Assembly (NCBI GenBank): GCA_963718575.1
Contig: OY970358.1
Location: forward strand, 450,172 to 514,171
From: an uncultured bacterium
GTDB lineage: Bacteria > Patescibacteriota > Minisyncoccia > UBA6257 > 2-01-FULL-56-20
Direction: 5' to 3'
DNA length: 64,000 bases
In this document: piece by piece, positions 30,586 to 41,430 of the stretch
Layout: the number at the start of each line of letters is the position of its first letter
Numbering within the stretch: position 1 is the first letter of the stretch
Notes under the pieces: model-generated
The model's database searches: none
Seen by the model: only the letters and a program-made list of their open reading frames with translations
What the model was told of the DNA's origin: nothing
Program-made: the position numbers and the translations under genes

Positions 30586-31722
30586 CTACCCCGTCCAATA
30601 ATAGAGCATAATGCTCAGATCCTGAAGGTCTACCTTGCTGCCGCCATCGAACTCGGCGGGCGGATAGTTCGTCCCCCAATAATAGAGGAGTATGGAGAAG
30701 TCGGCGAGATTGACCTTGCCGTCACCGTTAAGATCGGCGAGGTAGCTTTTGCTCGCGCTTCCGGCACCGACAAAGAACGAGACCGACTGACTGACCTCGC
30801 TCCGGGCGGAGGCGCCGTTCGCGGTGGTCACAAAATCCGCATCCACCGTATGAAGTTCGTTGTTTTGAAGCGGCGAGGTGTCGAATAATATCTTCCAATT
30901 CCCGCCGGTATCGGTACTCGTCGTGACGACGATATTATTACCCGAATGGATATGCGTCTCGACCGTCACCGAAGGCGCGGACTGGCCCGAAATAGTGAGA
31001 GTGTCCCCCTTCTGTAATTGCCGCTTATCGATAGTGATCGTCGGTGGCAGATATTCCCCCGATATGGTGGTCGCGGCATTCGCAGTGATCGTCACGGTCG
31101 TCGTGAGCGCGATCGATTTCAGCCCGTCGGAATCCTGTGCCCAAAATCCGAATGTCGCCACGCCCGGCGATACGTTCGTGGTGGAAAAATAAAAATCTCC
31201 GCTCGAGTCCGCCTTGACGAGACCGATCGTGGCGCCGTCGTCCAAAATGTTCACGCTCGATTCCGGATATGCCGTCCCCTCGATGATGACTTCCGTGGGA
31301 TTGGGAGGGGTATATGCTCCCGGCGAATAGCTCCCGCCACCGGAGGGCGACGTACCCGGACCCGGCAATGGCGCCGTTGATACTATCTGGCATGTGGCGG
31401 AACATCCGTCGCCCGGCGTGCCATTCAACGCACCGTCATCGCATTGTTCGCCATATGCTTCCTGCAATATCCCATCGCCGCAATACGGACCATATCCGCT
31501 GCAATCCGGAAGGCAGTTTTTTCCTGCCGACGATGTCGCATATTGTCCGTTGTCGGTGCCGTCATCGCAGACTTCTCCGGGGTCGACAATGCCATTCCCG
31601 CAGATGCTCACATACACCGTCGTTGTCGCGATGTATTGCGCATGCGCGATGCGTGAAAAGGGCAGCGCTAAAAATACTCCGAGAAATAATGCAAAGAGAA
31701 GCGATTTATATCCATGCCACAT
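30586..31722 (-). CDS. Secreted protein: Cys-rich CGNG/CGDG repeats + Ig-like + C-terminal dockerin
   Basis: CGNGIVDPGEVCDDG, CGDGILQ..GEQCDDG; DLNGDGKVNLADFSILL..W / FDGGSKVDLQDLSIML..W. Confidence 0.85.
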   Translation of the reverse strand: MWHGYKSLLFALFLGVFLALPFSRIAHAQYIATTTVYVSICGNGIVDPGEVCDDGTDNGQYATSSAGKNCLPDCSGYGPYCGDGILQEAYGEQCDDGALNGTPGDGCSATCQIVSTAPLPGPGTSPSGGGSYSPGAYTPPNPTEVIIEGTAYPESSVNILDDGATIGLVKADSSGDFYFSTTNVSPGVATFGFWAQDSDGLKSIALTTTVTITANAATTISGEYLPPTITIDKRQLQKGDTLTISGQSAPSVTVETHIHSGNNIVVTTSTDTGGNWKILFDTSPLQNNELHTVDADFVTTANGASARSEVSQSVSFFVGAGSASKSYLADLNGDGKVNLADFSILLYYWGTNYPPAEFDGGSKVDLQDLSIMLYYWTG

Positions 31723-31751
31723 GATCCTTCATCTGTTGTTTTTTTTGACGA

Positions 31752-32771
31752 TCACCGATAATCCGGAGGGGGCGGAGGGGGCATTGTTCTACCACGGCCT
31801 CTGTGGCGCCATTTCCCTGCCATTTTACGAGCGCCCCAGAAGATCAAGTAAAGCAGGGCTAAAATAAGGATGATAACGCCGAACGTCATGAATTTTTCGC
31901 TCCATCGAAGCCCCCAGAAACCATATCCAACATATCCAAGGAGCGTTCCCGGCGGCAGGATCGCGAGATCCAGCGTCCCTTGTCCGATGACGTTCGCACT
32001 ATCCGCTCCGTAGATCTGATAGAAGACCCGGTAGCTTCCCTGCGGCAGATATGTCGGCATTTCTGCCGTCACCGTCTTTGCTTCGAACGGCTGGACGGAA
32101 TCAAGTCCGTTGGTATTTTGCTCCGTTTCGAGGACGTTTCCCGTAAGATATTCCTGATATTGGAAGACCACCTTGCCCGGCGTGCCTGCAATGTTCCCGG
32201 TATTGTCCAGATCCATGGCAAAAAGGATCTTTCCGGGGAAGTGCATCCACCAAAGCGTATGGCCGACTTCGGTGTTCGTCATCGTGACGCGTTTGACCGA
32301 GAGATTCGCCATCTTGCCGCTCACCACCTGAAGGCTTACGTCGATCTGCGCACCGATCGTGATGCCGACCGTTCCCTTTGCCGGACCGCCGAGCGGCGAA
32401 ACGACCACCTGAATGTTCCCGGTATAACTTCCGAGCTTTGCGTCACTCGGAACGTTCACGCTTACCGTCATCGGCTCCTGCTGAGTTCCGGCAGGCATGA
32501 TGAACTGCGTCCCCCTGTCTATCAATATCCAGCTATCCGCTCCGGGAACATTGATCGTCACATTCGTCTGAAGGTCCTCGGTGGGATCGCTCCGCACAAG
32601 CGTGATCACCTGTTCGTAATGCGAATTTTGCGTAAGCTGCGCGTTCGTCACATATGGCGGCGTGATGCCGAATCCGTCCGCATGAGCTTGAAGAACCGGC
32701 GGCAATCCCGCCGCTGTCATTCCCGCCGCAGCGAGCAATACCGCAATAATGGAAAATATTTTTTTCATCAC
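31752..32771 (-). CDS. DUF916-like two-Ig-domain protein with C-terminal TM
   Basis: Signal peptide, GITPP, W, VPSDA.LGSY.G.I, NTGN, TM + basic tail. Confidence 0.65.
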   Translation of the reverse strand: MMKKIFSIIAVLLAAAGMTAAGLPPVLQAHADGFGITPPYVTNAQLTQNSHYEQVITLVRSDPTEDLQTNVTINVPGADSWILIDRGTQFIMPAGTQQEPMTVSVNVPSDAKLGSYTGNIQVVVSPLGGPAKGTVGITIGAQIDVSLQVVSGKMANLSVKRVTMTNTEVGHTLWWMHFPGKILFAMDLDNTGNIAGTPGKVVFQYQEYLTGNVLETEQNTNGLDSVQPFEAKTVTAEMPTYLPQGSYRVFYQIYGADSANVIGQGTLDLAILPPGTLLGYVGYGFWGLRWSEKFMTFGVIILILALLYLIFWGARKMAGKWRHRGRGRTMPPPPPPDYR

Positions 32772-32886
32772 GACATCTCCCCAAAAATAAATTCGCGAGC
32801 CTGTGCGCGAATCCCAACGCTTCTCATAATAATACCACAGGCGAAGACGCTTATGATAAGCACTGGGGAAATCCCGTGGATAAGGA

Positions 32887-34689
32887 TTACCAGGTCGAAG
32901 GCGCGCTTCTCACGGCGACGAACGTGTTCTGTCCGGTATAGGCGCCGGACAACTGAATCGTTGAGGGGATCGAGATACCCCAGAATGTAGTTCCGAGCGA
33001 TGAGGTCGCCGTCGAGGTGGATTTTGGTATCTGTATCGAGAATAGGGTTCCGGGATTGACCGCCAATGTGAATCCGGATCCGTACGCGACAACCGAACTC
33101 GCGAACACAAGCTGGTTGACGGGGATGGTTGATGTCGTGGAGACCGGACAACCCGGGTAATTGGAACACATGCTCGTTCCATAAAGCTGTTCATTCAGGC
33201 CTACGTTGCCGAGCTCGGAAAGGGTCGTCGTCGCAGAAGTGGTAGGGGTCGTCGATCCCGGAGCCAACGCCCCGAAGCTGATGCCCGGCGTATTCAACTG
33301 CGAAGCAAGGAAACTCATTACGGTATTGGTGCTCGCACTCTGAGTGGTCACTCCCGCAGAACCAAGATAGTTCGTCGCCTGAGCCGCAGCGGCCCATGCC
33401 TGATTATAATATTGCGTGCTCGTTGCCGTGCCATCGGTCGGATCTGCCATGTACCACAGCGGGAATGTGCATGTCCACTGCGAAGTGATGGAACTTGAGC
33501 CAGCGCACGATCCGCCATTCTGAGAACAGCTGTAAGCCCACGTGCTCGTTCCTACCGCTGCAGGATAGCAATTATTCGCATTGTAATTTCCCGAGGACGA
33601 ACAGTTCGAAAGGCCGATGCCCGTCCGGAACACATCGATGCTTGCGGTTGCCACCTCCTGTCCGCCAACGGAGTTCAAACAACTATTGTTATCGGTCGCC
33701 GTGAATGTAACCTGGAATCCCGATGTCTGTCCGCCGGGATTGGTGAGAGAGAGCGGGGTGCTTGATCCGCCGACGTTCAAAAGATTGATGCTCGAAGAAG
33801 CGATGGTCGGTGCAACCGCACTCACCGTCTCCGTCGCGTCAGTTGCTTCGGCGCCGCCCGCCGCTGCGAACTGGTGGTTATCAATGATATATCCGTAGGA
33901 AGCATATCCCTGATCCTGGGTCGGGATCGCGATAGTGGACGTGCAGCTCGGATTTGCAAGCGACGCAGCCGAGGAACAATAGGTGCCCGCAGGGCCGCAC
34001 GCGGTGCCGGTGAAGTCGGTTGCCTTACACACAAAAAGTTGTACGGTGTCGGTCGCACCGGTGAAGTTGTCGGTGTCGGACGCATTGGTCGACCACGTCA
34101 CCGTGGCGCCCGGGATCGCCGGAGAGTTATTGGTAAAACTACTGAAATTCGGCCGATGGTTGACAACAAACGTACCCGTATACGACGTTGTATTGCATTT
34201 GGCCCCGCCCGCATTGCCATCGCAGATCCAGGCGTAGTAGGTGTTTATCTGCGCGTCGGCTGCGGATGTCGTGTAAAATGCGGTAGAGGTTGCCGCGCTC
34301 GTCGTCGAGGTCGAGACGGTCCATTGTCCGCCGTTGCAGTTCGGGGCTGCCGAATTGTTCGCCGTCGGCGTGCTGCTCGTCTTGCAAAGCAAAAGGTAAT
34401 AATTGTCACTGTTCGGATCCGTGCCGATCGCGTACCACGTCACTGCATTTCCCGCATTGGTAGGGGAAGAGGTTGCGGAGACCGGATTCTCATACGCGAT
34501 CACCGTCCACAGCGGCGGGGTGTTCAGAACGTTCACCGTTGTCGTCGCCGTGCTTTGTGCGATGGCGAACCGGGCATGCTGTATAGAATCGGTCGCAAAA
34601 AAATAGGTCACCAAGATGACCACGGCCACCAAACACCCGGAGACCAGAACGGAGATACCGATTTTTTTTCTCGAATCAGAGGAGTTCAT
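32887..34689 (-). CDS. Large Cys/Thr-rich surface protein with WxL-like C-terminal domain
   Basis: N-terminal TM; ISFGALAPG..GNVGL..FWGISIP..GAYTGQNTF. Confidence 0.7.
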   Translation of the reverse strand: MNSSDSRKKIGISVLVSGCLVAVVILVTYFFATDSIQHARFAIAQSTATTTVNVLNTPPLWTVIAYENPVSATSSPTNAGNAVTWYAIGTDPNSDNYYLLLCKTSSTPTANNSAAPNCNGGQWTVSTSTTSAATSTAFYTTSAADAQINTYYAWICDGNAGGAKCNTTSYTGTFVVNHRPNFSSFTNNSPAIPGATVTWSTNASDTDNFTGATDTVQLFVCKATDFTGTACGPAGTYCSSAASLANPSCTSTIAIPTQDQGYASYGYIIDNHQFAAAGGAEATDATETVSAVAPTIASSSINLLNVGGSSTPLSLTNPGGQTSGFQVTFTATDNNSCLNSVGGQEVATASIDVFRTGIGLSNCSSSGNYNANNCYPAAVGTSTWAYSCSQNGGSCAGSSSITSQWTCTFPLWYMADPTDGTATSTQYYNQAWAAAAQATNYLGSAGVTTQSASTNTVMSFLASQLNTPGISFGALAPGSTTPTTSATTTLSELGNVGLNEQLYGTSMCSNYPGCPVSTTSTIPVNQLVFASSVVAYGSGFTLAVNPGTLFSIQIPKSTSTATSSLGTTFWGISIPSTIQLSGAYTGQNTFVAVRSAPSTW

Positions 34690-34780
34690 CGGTCATTCAT
34701 CAATATCATGCTTACCATCAGTATACCGTCAAACCTTCCATAGAAAAAGGAAAGTTATCCACAGCCCTCGCATAAAAATA

Positions 34781-35989
34781 TTATTTATAACGGATGGCTT
34801 CGAGAGGGCTGATCGATGATGCGCGCTTTGCAGGGAAAATGCCGGTGATAAATCCCACAATCGCCGAAAAGAACGTGATGAATCCCAAAAATGCTCCCGG
34901 GAAGGCAAAGAGCGCTACGGCAGCTCCGCCGAAATGGGCCGCAACAAGGTTCAGTGCGTAATTAATGATGAGACCTCCGGCGATGCCCATTGCCATGCCG
35001 GTCATGCCGCCTAAAAATCCGACCACGACCGCCTCCGAAAGGAACAATATCTGGATATCCCGCGGCGAAGCGCCGAGCGTGCGCATGACACCGATTTCGT
35101 TTGTACGTTCGAGTAGGGTCACGGTCATGGTGTTGAACATGCCGATCGCCGAAACGACGAGTGCGATGCCTCCGAAGCCGGCAAGGAGCACTTGGACGCC
35201 GCTGAATATCTGGTTTGCCTGAGCGACCGTCTGGGAAAGGGCCGAGACGATGAACCCCTGCCCGACGATCGCGGCCTGGACCGCGCTCAAAAAATTGCTC
35301 GCCGAAACGCGGACCTGCACCTTGCTGTACGAGGTGATGCCAACCTGTGAAGAAAGCGTTGCAAGCGGGATCATCGCATAGATGGCCGCCGTATCGTTCG
35401 ACACGCCGACCACCGTGAAGGTCCCGTTCAGAGGAACCTCGTCGGTGGCGCCCGTCGCCGATCCGGCCGACGGAGCGACCACGCTGAAGGACACCGGCTT
35501 TCCCAATATCTGGCTCGGATCGGTCACGCCGAAAAGTTGCAATGCGGCGCTCGAGAGAACGATGTCGTTGCCGTCTCCCTGGGCGTCGGTGAACGACTGC
35601 CCCGCCGCCATCGCGATGCCCGCATATTTAAAATATGACGCTTTGACGCCCTGCAGGTCGGTGTTTGCGGAAAGTCCGTTGAACGTGACGACCGACGAGA
35701 GGTCCGCGAGCGGCGATACGTCGATCACGTTCGGCATCGCTTTGAACGACGCGAGCGTCGCGTCGGTCAGCACCACCGCGTTCGACGGAGGGTTGGTGAC
35801 GGTGAGACTGAGGAGTGTATCGCCGAACACGATCTTCTCGAGAAGAATATTCTGCAATCCGAATCCGAGCCCGACGAGCATGACGACCGCCGATGTCCCC
35901 ACGCCCATGCCAAGGATCGTAAGCCATGTCCTTGCAGGATTGGTCTTGAACATTCTTGTTGAAAGTTTAAGTGCGTCCCTTGCTCTCAT
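34781..35989 (-). CDS. MacB/FtsX-family ABC permease
   Basis: RTWLTILG, periplasmic domain, NTM..ERT.EIG..R.LGA, PA.RA....P.EAIRY. Confidence 0.9.
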   Translation of the reverse strand: MRARDALKLSTRMFKTNPARTWLTILGMGVGTSAVVMLVGLGFGLQNILLEKIVFGDTLLSLTVTNPPSNAVVLTDATLASFKAMPNVIDVSPLADLSSVVTFNGLSANTDLQGVKASYFKYAGIAMAAGQSFTDAQGDGNDIVLSSAALQLFGVTDPSQILGKPVSFSVVAPSAGSATGATDEVPLNGTFTVVGVSNDTAAIYAMIPLATLSSQVGITSYSKVQVRVSASNFLSAVQAAIVGQGFIVSALSQTVAQANQIFSGVQVLLAGFGGIALVVSAIGMFNTMTVTLLERTNEIGVMRTLGASPRDIQILFLSEAVVVGFLGGMTGMAMGIAGGLIINYALNLVAAHFGGAAVALFAFPGAFLGFITFFSAIVGFITGIFPAKRASSISPLEAIRYK

Positions 35990-36007
35990 GAGAATAATTT
36001 ATCCATG

Positions 36008-37318
36008 TTACAGATACATCCCCTGCCCCAATAATTTTTCCAGGTAGCGCGAGACCTCGCGCGCACCGTCCGAATCGATGCCGATCCCGTCATTATCAAA
36101 ACTCGCTTCCAGCCGGCGGCGCATGTCTTCCTGCTGGATGAATCCGCGGATCCGGAATTTCAGAAGTTCATCCATCCGCGCGGTCTGCTCCGGGCTGAGC
36201 GAGAAATGACATTCGCGCATAAGGTCGTCGCGCACCTCGGCGATCCGGTCCGCCTGCCGGGGCGAGGCGACCCGTGCCTTGAAGTTATCGCGGTAAACCC
36301 TGATCTCTCGAGCCTCCTTTAGGATAGTGTTTATCCGGCCGGAGAACAAATTCGCCTGCTCCGCGCTGATCTCGGGGCCTCCCGCCTCCAGTTTCTTCGT
36401 GAGCATACTCACGAAACTGCTGTCGTTGTATTTCCCGTTGATGTACATGCCAACGCACTTCTCGAGGCGTTCAATCTGATCGAACCCGATGTCCTGCGTC
36501 AAGAAATTGACGATGCTCTTGACCCGCAATTCCTCGGCTGACGCATACGGATAGATGCGCGCCAGCTTTTCGATCTCCGAAAGGATCGATGTGCCGGGAT
36601 CCGTCTGCTTGATCTGTTTTTTTTCGGGGTTGATCACTTCGCGCTCCACCTGGCCGTCGCGCAAATAATAGACGCGGTGCGCATACGGCAACAGCTTCGC
36701 GTCGTGCGTGACGAGAATGACGGTCTTCTTGTCCTTCATGTTGATCTCCTCCAGCGTGCCCATAACCTGATCGGACGATAACGAGTCGAGGTTGCCGACC
36801 GGTTCATCGGCGAATAATATTTCCGGATCGTTCACGAGTGAGCGCGCGACCGCCACGCGCTGTGATTGTCCTCCGGAAAGATTTGTGGAAAGTTTGTACG
36901 CCTGCTGGTCCACGCCGAATCTTTTCAAAAGCACCATCGCGCGGCGATCGCGCTCCGCTTTCGGAATTCCGGCAAAGATAAGCGGCAGTGCCACGTTATC
37001 AATGACGGTGAGCGACGGGATCAGGTTGAACGATTGATAGATGATACCCACGACCGAACGCTGGAACCGAACCATGTCTTTCACGTTGTACTTGTACGGA
37101 TTCTCGTTCTTCACGAGCACCTCCCCGGAGCTCGGCGGAAGAATGCCGAGCAATGAATAGAGCAGCGTCGATTTTCCGCAGCCGGACGGCCCGAAGAGAA
37201 TGATGTATTCGTTCGGATAGATCTCAAGGCTTTCGTCGCGCAACGCATAATATTCGTTCGCCTTCCCTTCGTTGTAGACGATCTTGATGTTCTTGACGCG
37301 GATGATGGGTTCGATCAT
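36008..37318 (-). CDS. LolD/MacB-type ABC ATPase with ~190-aa C-terminal extension
   Basis: GPSGCGKST, QSFNLI, LSGGQ.QRVA.AR, ADEP.GNLD, VTHD. Confidence 0.9.
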   Translation of the reverse strand: MIEPIIRVKNIKIVYNEGKANEYYALRDESLEIYPNEYIILFGPSGCGKSTLLYSLLGILPPSSGEVLVKNENPYKYNVKDMVRFQRSVVGIIYQSFNLIPSLTVIDNVALPLIFAGIPKAERDRRAMVLLKRFGVDQQAYKLSTNLSGGQSQRVAVARSLVNDPEILFADEPVGNLDSLSSDQVMGTLEEINMKDKKTVILVTHDAKLLPYAHRVYYLRDGQVEREVINPEKKQIKQTDPGTSILSEIEKLARIYPYASAEELRVKSIVNFLTQDIGFDQIERLEKCVGMYINGKYNDSSFVSMLTKKLEAGGPEISAEQANLFSGRINTILKEAREIRVYRDNFKARVASPRQADRIAEVRDDLMRECHFSLSPEQTARMDELLKFRIRGFIQQEDMRRRLEASFDNDGIGIDSDGAREVSRYLEKLLGQGMYL

Positions 37319-37329
37319 GGTTGCTCTTA

Positions 37330-38814
37330 TTATTTCTTCGCGCCGCCGACGCCGTTCAGCCAACCGAAAGTACCCTGGAAATTTTCGATAATGATATCAA
37401 TGATGCTCTTCTGTTGTTGTGGCGTAAGCAGGACGAAATCCTGCGAGCTCGTCGTGTTGCCGTCAGCATCCGTGCAGGTCACCCAATATTTATACACCGT
37501 CGCCGGCTGGAAGTTCGTCACCACGCTTACGTGCTTTGTCAGGAATGCCGTTTCCATCGTGGACGATTCCACGCCGGATCCGGCCGCCGACACGCCGCTC
37601 ACATATGACATGTTGCACTCGGACGGCTCATCGGTCTGCCACGATACGACGGTCTGCACCGTGGTGTCCTGCCCCGGATACAACGTCGAGTCGTCATTCA
37701 CCTGCGAGATCGTCGGCGGAATATTGTTTTTTGTCGTCACAAAATAGAGCGGCGTGCTCGTCACGATGTCCCCCGCCTGATTCGTCGCCTGGATCGTGAG
37801 GGAGTATCTGGTTTCAAAGACAAGGTTGGTAAGCTGCACGATGTGAGTGACGAGGAACGCCGGGTCGCCGGCCGAGAGCGATTGCCTTGAGTCGAGGTCC
37901 TCATACGTCACCGTCCCCGCCGATGGCAATGGCGTTCCCCAGCTCACCGTCGCATCATGTTCGTCCACCTTCACGAGATGCGGGTTCAGGATAGTGGGCA
38001 GTACCGCTTTTGTCGTGAACGTGAGATCCTGGCTCGTCCCCGCATCACCAAGCGATCCCTGCGACGATACTTTGTAATGATATTCAGTTTCCGGAGTGAG
38101 TCCGTATACGACGACCGAGTGGGTTTGCGTACTATTATTAGTATCCTGCTCCTGGCGCGGATAGGGATTCGCGGATCCCGGATTATATTCCGCATCGGAA
38201 GCGATATAGACCACTCCGTTCGAATCCTGGTCGGTGTTCCACGTGAACGACGCCTGGTCGGTGCCGATATCGATCTGCGGATTCCCTAAAATCTTCGGCG
38301 GCCCGACCACCTGGCTTGCCTGGCTATTGAGCGCCTGCTGAACGGCGCTGAGCGCCTGGGCGCTCGTGATATTCTGTATCGCCGCTACCGCATCCGACGC
38401 CAATGCCTGTTGCTGCGGACTGGCGATCGAGCTCAGATTGGCGGCACCGGGAGTGCTCGTCGTCGTAAAATTATAATTCCCCGAGAGCGCCTGATTTCCA
38501 TCCTGATCGGTCGCGCTGATACGGAAGAAATAAGACGTGTCGGGAGTAAGATTCGGAATGACCACCGAATGCTGGGTGCTGAGACTCCCTGTATTTCTGA
38601 CCCCGCAATAATTCGTATCCTGACTGAAATTTACAAAACTGTCCGTGCCTTCATTGGTCGTCCACGTGACCGTGGTCGATGTGGCTCCGACGCTGGCGAC
38701 GGAAACATCCGAAATGACGGGGGAGGTGTTCGCCGAAGCATGCCGGACGACGCCTATCGCGACGACGACCCCCGACACCAGGATGATCCCCCCTATAAAA
38801 TCACGCAGACGCAT
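37330..38814 (-). CDS. Secreted protein with four fibronectin type III-like domains
   Basis: Repeated W.T..H.V....L.P.T.Y.Y motifs; amphipathic C-terminal helix. Confidence 0.8.
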   Translation of the reverse strand: MRLRDFIGGIILVSGVVVAIGVVRHASANTSPVISDVSVASVGATSTTVTWTTNEGTDSFVNFSQDTNYCGVRNTGSLSTQHSVVIPNLTPDTSYFFRISATDQDGNQALSGNYNFTTTSTPGAANLSSIASPQQQALASDAVAAIQNITSAQALSAVQQALNSQASQVVGPPKILGNPQIDIGTDQASFTWNTDQDSNGVVYIASDAEYNPGSANPYPRQEQDTNNSTQTHSVVVYGLTPETEYHYKVSSQGSLGDAGTSQDLTFTTKAVLPTILNPHLVKVDEHDATVSWGTPLPSAGTVTYEDLDSRQSLSAGDPAFLVTHIVQLTNLVFETRYSLTIQATNQAGDIVTSTPLYFVTTKNNIPPTISQVNDDSTLYPGQDTTVQTVVSWQTDEPSECNMSYVSGVSAAGSGVESSTMETAFLTKHVSVVTNFQPATVYKYWVTCTDADGNTTSSQDFVLLTPQQQKSIIDIIIENFQGTFGWLNGVGGAKK

Positions 38815-38839
38815 TGTTCTTTCATTTTAGCACGCTCCC

Positions 38840-41386
38840 TTACGGCCACGGTAATGGATTTTCCACGCCGATAAAAGTGTTCACGCCGGTAAAGTTTCCC
38901 GACGGCTGGGGATCGGGAACGGAAAGCCCCCAATCGAGCGTCTCGCTCGCCGGAATCGTTGATGTCGTCTTCGGGATCGCGAGCATGACGGTCGTCCCGG
39001 GATTGGCGAGCAGCGTGGTGCCCGATGAAAAAGACAGCACCGACGTCGCATAGCTCTGGTCCCCGACCGGAATGCTATTCGCCCCGTTCGTCATATTGGT
39101 GCCATAGATGGTCGCGTTCATGGAAACATTTCCGACGGAAGTGATGGTGACGGGGGTATTCAATGAGGCCGTCGTCGATCCCGGACTCAACGAACCATAG
39201 TTTATAGATGAAGCGACCTGGATGCCAAGGAGAGAAAGAAGTTCCACGCTCGTACTCGTGGCGGTGCCTGTCGCATTCTCAAAATCCGAGACGTTCATCG
39301 CCGCGGACCACGTGTCCGATGCCCACGGCGAACCCGCGTCGGTGGGCTGCGCAAAATACCATATATTGGCATTGCATGTGGCGGTGCATGAGGTCCCGAA
39401 GCATAAACTCAATGAGCACGACGGCACTATGTAGCAGTCATTGTTATTGGCCGTGCAGCTCGTTCCCGAACTCGTACGGAAAATGACCGCCGACGTCGTT
39501 GCGATATCCGTGTATCCGTTTCCATCGCTTACCGTGGCCGTCGCCTGAACGAGCGTCGTCGTCCCGATGATCAGGGATATATTACTATTCCCGTTGAGCG
39601 TCACTCCGGAGACGGTGGGCGCAACATTTCCGATAACGACCGTCGGGTACACTCCATAGGAAGAGAACGCGGTGCCGCTCGCGGTGACCGCGCGAAAGCA
39701 ATAGGTTTCACCTACCTTTGCGCCGCTGTCCGTAAGCGCAAAATCCCATTTTCCGTCCGCGCCGGCCGCGATCGCACCCTGGGAATCGGTGAACGGATTC
39801 GATTGATCATACGTTTCATTGACGACCGTACTCGTCCCGTCCACCGGATCGGTGCTCGTCGGCACAAGGGCGCCCCCGTCGGTAATCCCGTCGTTCAAAT
39901 ACTGGAACAGGCCGGTCGAAGTGGAAATGTTCGTGTAGCTCGCAGGATTTCCGCCCGACGGAGACCCGCAATTTCCTGTTCCGGCATCGACATACTGGAG
40001 GTTGAATGATTGCGAACTCGAGTTGACCTGGCTCCCCGTCACCCGGATAAGCATGCGCAAGCGGAACGTGGAACTGCTCACGAGCTGTGCGGTCGTCGTC
40101 GTGTTCTGCGCGGCGAGCGGCGCTCCGACGGAGCTTGAAGCGATGTTCGTGAACCATCGGTATGCGGATTGCGTGAACGCCGGCGGCGTTTCCTGCGCCG
40201 CCACCGTTATGAACGTCAAAGGGGATTTTTCGTTGTTGTACTCCGTGGCGATCCAGGCGAACGGACGGACGATCTTCGAGATGCGCAGCTCGTCGATCCC
40301 TCCGGTATAGTATGCGTTCCATGCCGGATGGTACCCGATCGTCGTACTCGCAAGGCCCGTGAGCGGCGACGTGTCCGTGCCGGTATTGCCGGATGTTGCG
40401 TTGACAATATTTGCGCCATCAAGATAAACATGGAACTGGCTCGGCGCTATGGCAACCCCCGACGTCGCCGCCCACGTGCCCACAATATAATGCCATGTGC
40501 CATCGCTCGTCTTCGTGGTGCTCGCTTCCTCGCCGATCCAAATATTCGCGGAGTCATCACCGAACATCACCTTGCCGGTAGGGCTGGGAACGCTTCCCAA
40601 CGTTCCTCCGCAACTCGTGCTTCCGCACGCAAGATCCCCGTCGAGTGCGAGCGTAAGGGAATGCCCTGCGCCCGATCCTCTGTTTTGCACGACGACCGCC
40701 ACGTTCGTCGTCGAGCTCGGCACATTCACCCAGGCCTCGTACGTGACCGCGGTGGACGACTGCTGAAGATAGGTGTTCGAAATATATTGGCTCGTACCGT
40801 TGAAATTTCCCGCGCCGTCGACCTGTCCCGCCGTGCTCGTCGCGCCGCCGGTGATCACGCCGTTATTCCCATTCACGGTCGAATCCTTGGTGTTGATCGT
40901 TGTCGACCCGTTCACGCTCGCCATGTGCCAGACGCCGAGGTAATTGCTGTCCCACGTATTGGTCGCGCTTTGAAGGCTCGTCGTCGCGGAGGGATTTCCG
41001 TAATACATATAGAGAGGCGTATTGGTGGATGTCGCGATGGTCGGCATTTTTACCCACGCCTCAAGCTCTCCCGTACTGCTCACATAGCGCTCCATTTCAA
41101 AATTCAAAAGGTTTGCGCCGGTGCCGTCGGTAAAAAGAATATCGGTACCGCTCGCCTGCGCTCCGGCCTTGAGCTGGCTGCTTGAAGAAAAGCTGACGAG
41201 TACGGTGAAATTGGTATACGTGGAAGAAGTGACGCTCGAGGTCGATACCTGCGACGCGTTGATGGTGAGAAGATTCCGATACCCCCACGCCGTGTTATAC
41301 CACGTTGCCGCCCGGGCGTGCGGGACAAAAAAAGCAGCTCCGACCACGGCCATTATTATGGCGAGAACTAAAAAAAAGCGGTTCAT
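38840..41386 (-). CDS. DUF2341 + LamG(concanavalin-like) + WxL-like surface protein
   Basis: WY..AW.YR, DILFTD, WVK.P, YMYYGN, GVWH, WHYIVGTW, IDELRIS; INYGSLSPG..GNFTGVNTF. Confidence 0.8.
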   Translation of the reverse strand: MNRFFLVLAIIMAVVGAAFFVPHARAATWYNTAWGYRNLLTINASQVSTSSVTSSTYTNFTVLVSFSSSSQLKAGAQASGTDILFTDGTGANLLNFEMERYVSSTGELEAWVKMPTIATSTNTPLYMYYGNPSATTSLQSATNTWDSNYLGVWHMASVNGSTTINTKDSTVNGNNGVITGGATSTAGQVDGAGNFNGTSQYISNTYLQQSSTAVTYEAWVNVPSSTTNVAVVVQNRGSGAGHSLTLALDGDLACGSTSCGGTLGSVPSPTGKVMFGDDSANIWIGEEASTTKTSDGTWHYIVGTWAATSGVAIAPSQFHVYLDGANIVNATSGNTGTDTSPLTGLASTTIGYHPAWNAYYTGGIDELRISKIVRPFAWIATEYNNEKSPLTFITVAAQETPPAFTQSAYRWFTNIASSSVGAPLAAQNTTTTAQLVSSSTFRLRMLIRVTGSQVNSSSQSFNLQYVDAGTGNCGSPSGGNPASYTNISTSTGLFQYLNDGITDGGALVPTSTDPVDGTSTVVNETYDQSNPFTDSQGAIAAGADGKWDFALTDSGAKVGETYCFRAVTASGTAFSSYGVYPTVVIGNVAPTVSGVTLNGNSNISLIIGTTTLVQATATVSDGNGYTDIATTSAVIFRTSSGTSCTANNNDCYIVPSCSLSLCFGTSCTATCNANIWYFAQPTDAGSPWASDTWSAAMNVSDFENATGTATSTSVELLSLLGIQVASSINYGSLSPGSTTASLNTPVTITSVGNVSMNATIYGTNMTNGANSIPVGDQSYATSVLSFSSGTTLLANPGTTVMLAIPKTTSTIPASETLDWGLSVPDPQPSGNFTGVNTFIGVENPLPWP

Positions 41387-41430
41387 GAAACGGTATTACC
41401 TAATAATTCTATCACACAAAAAATGTGTCC

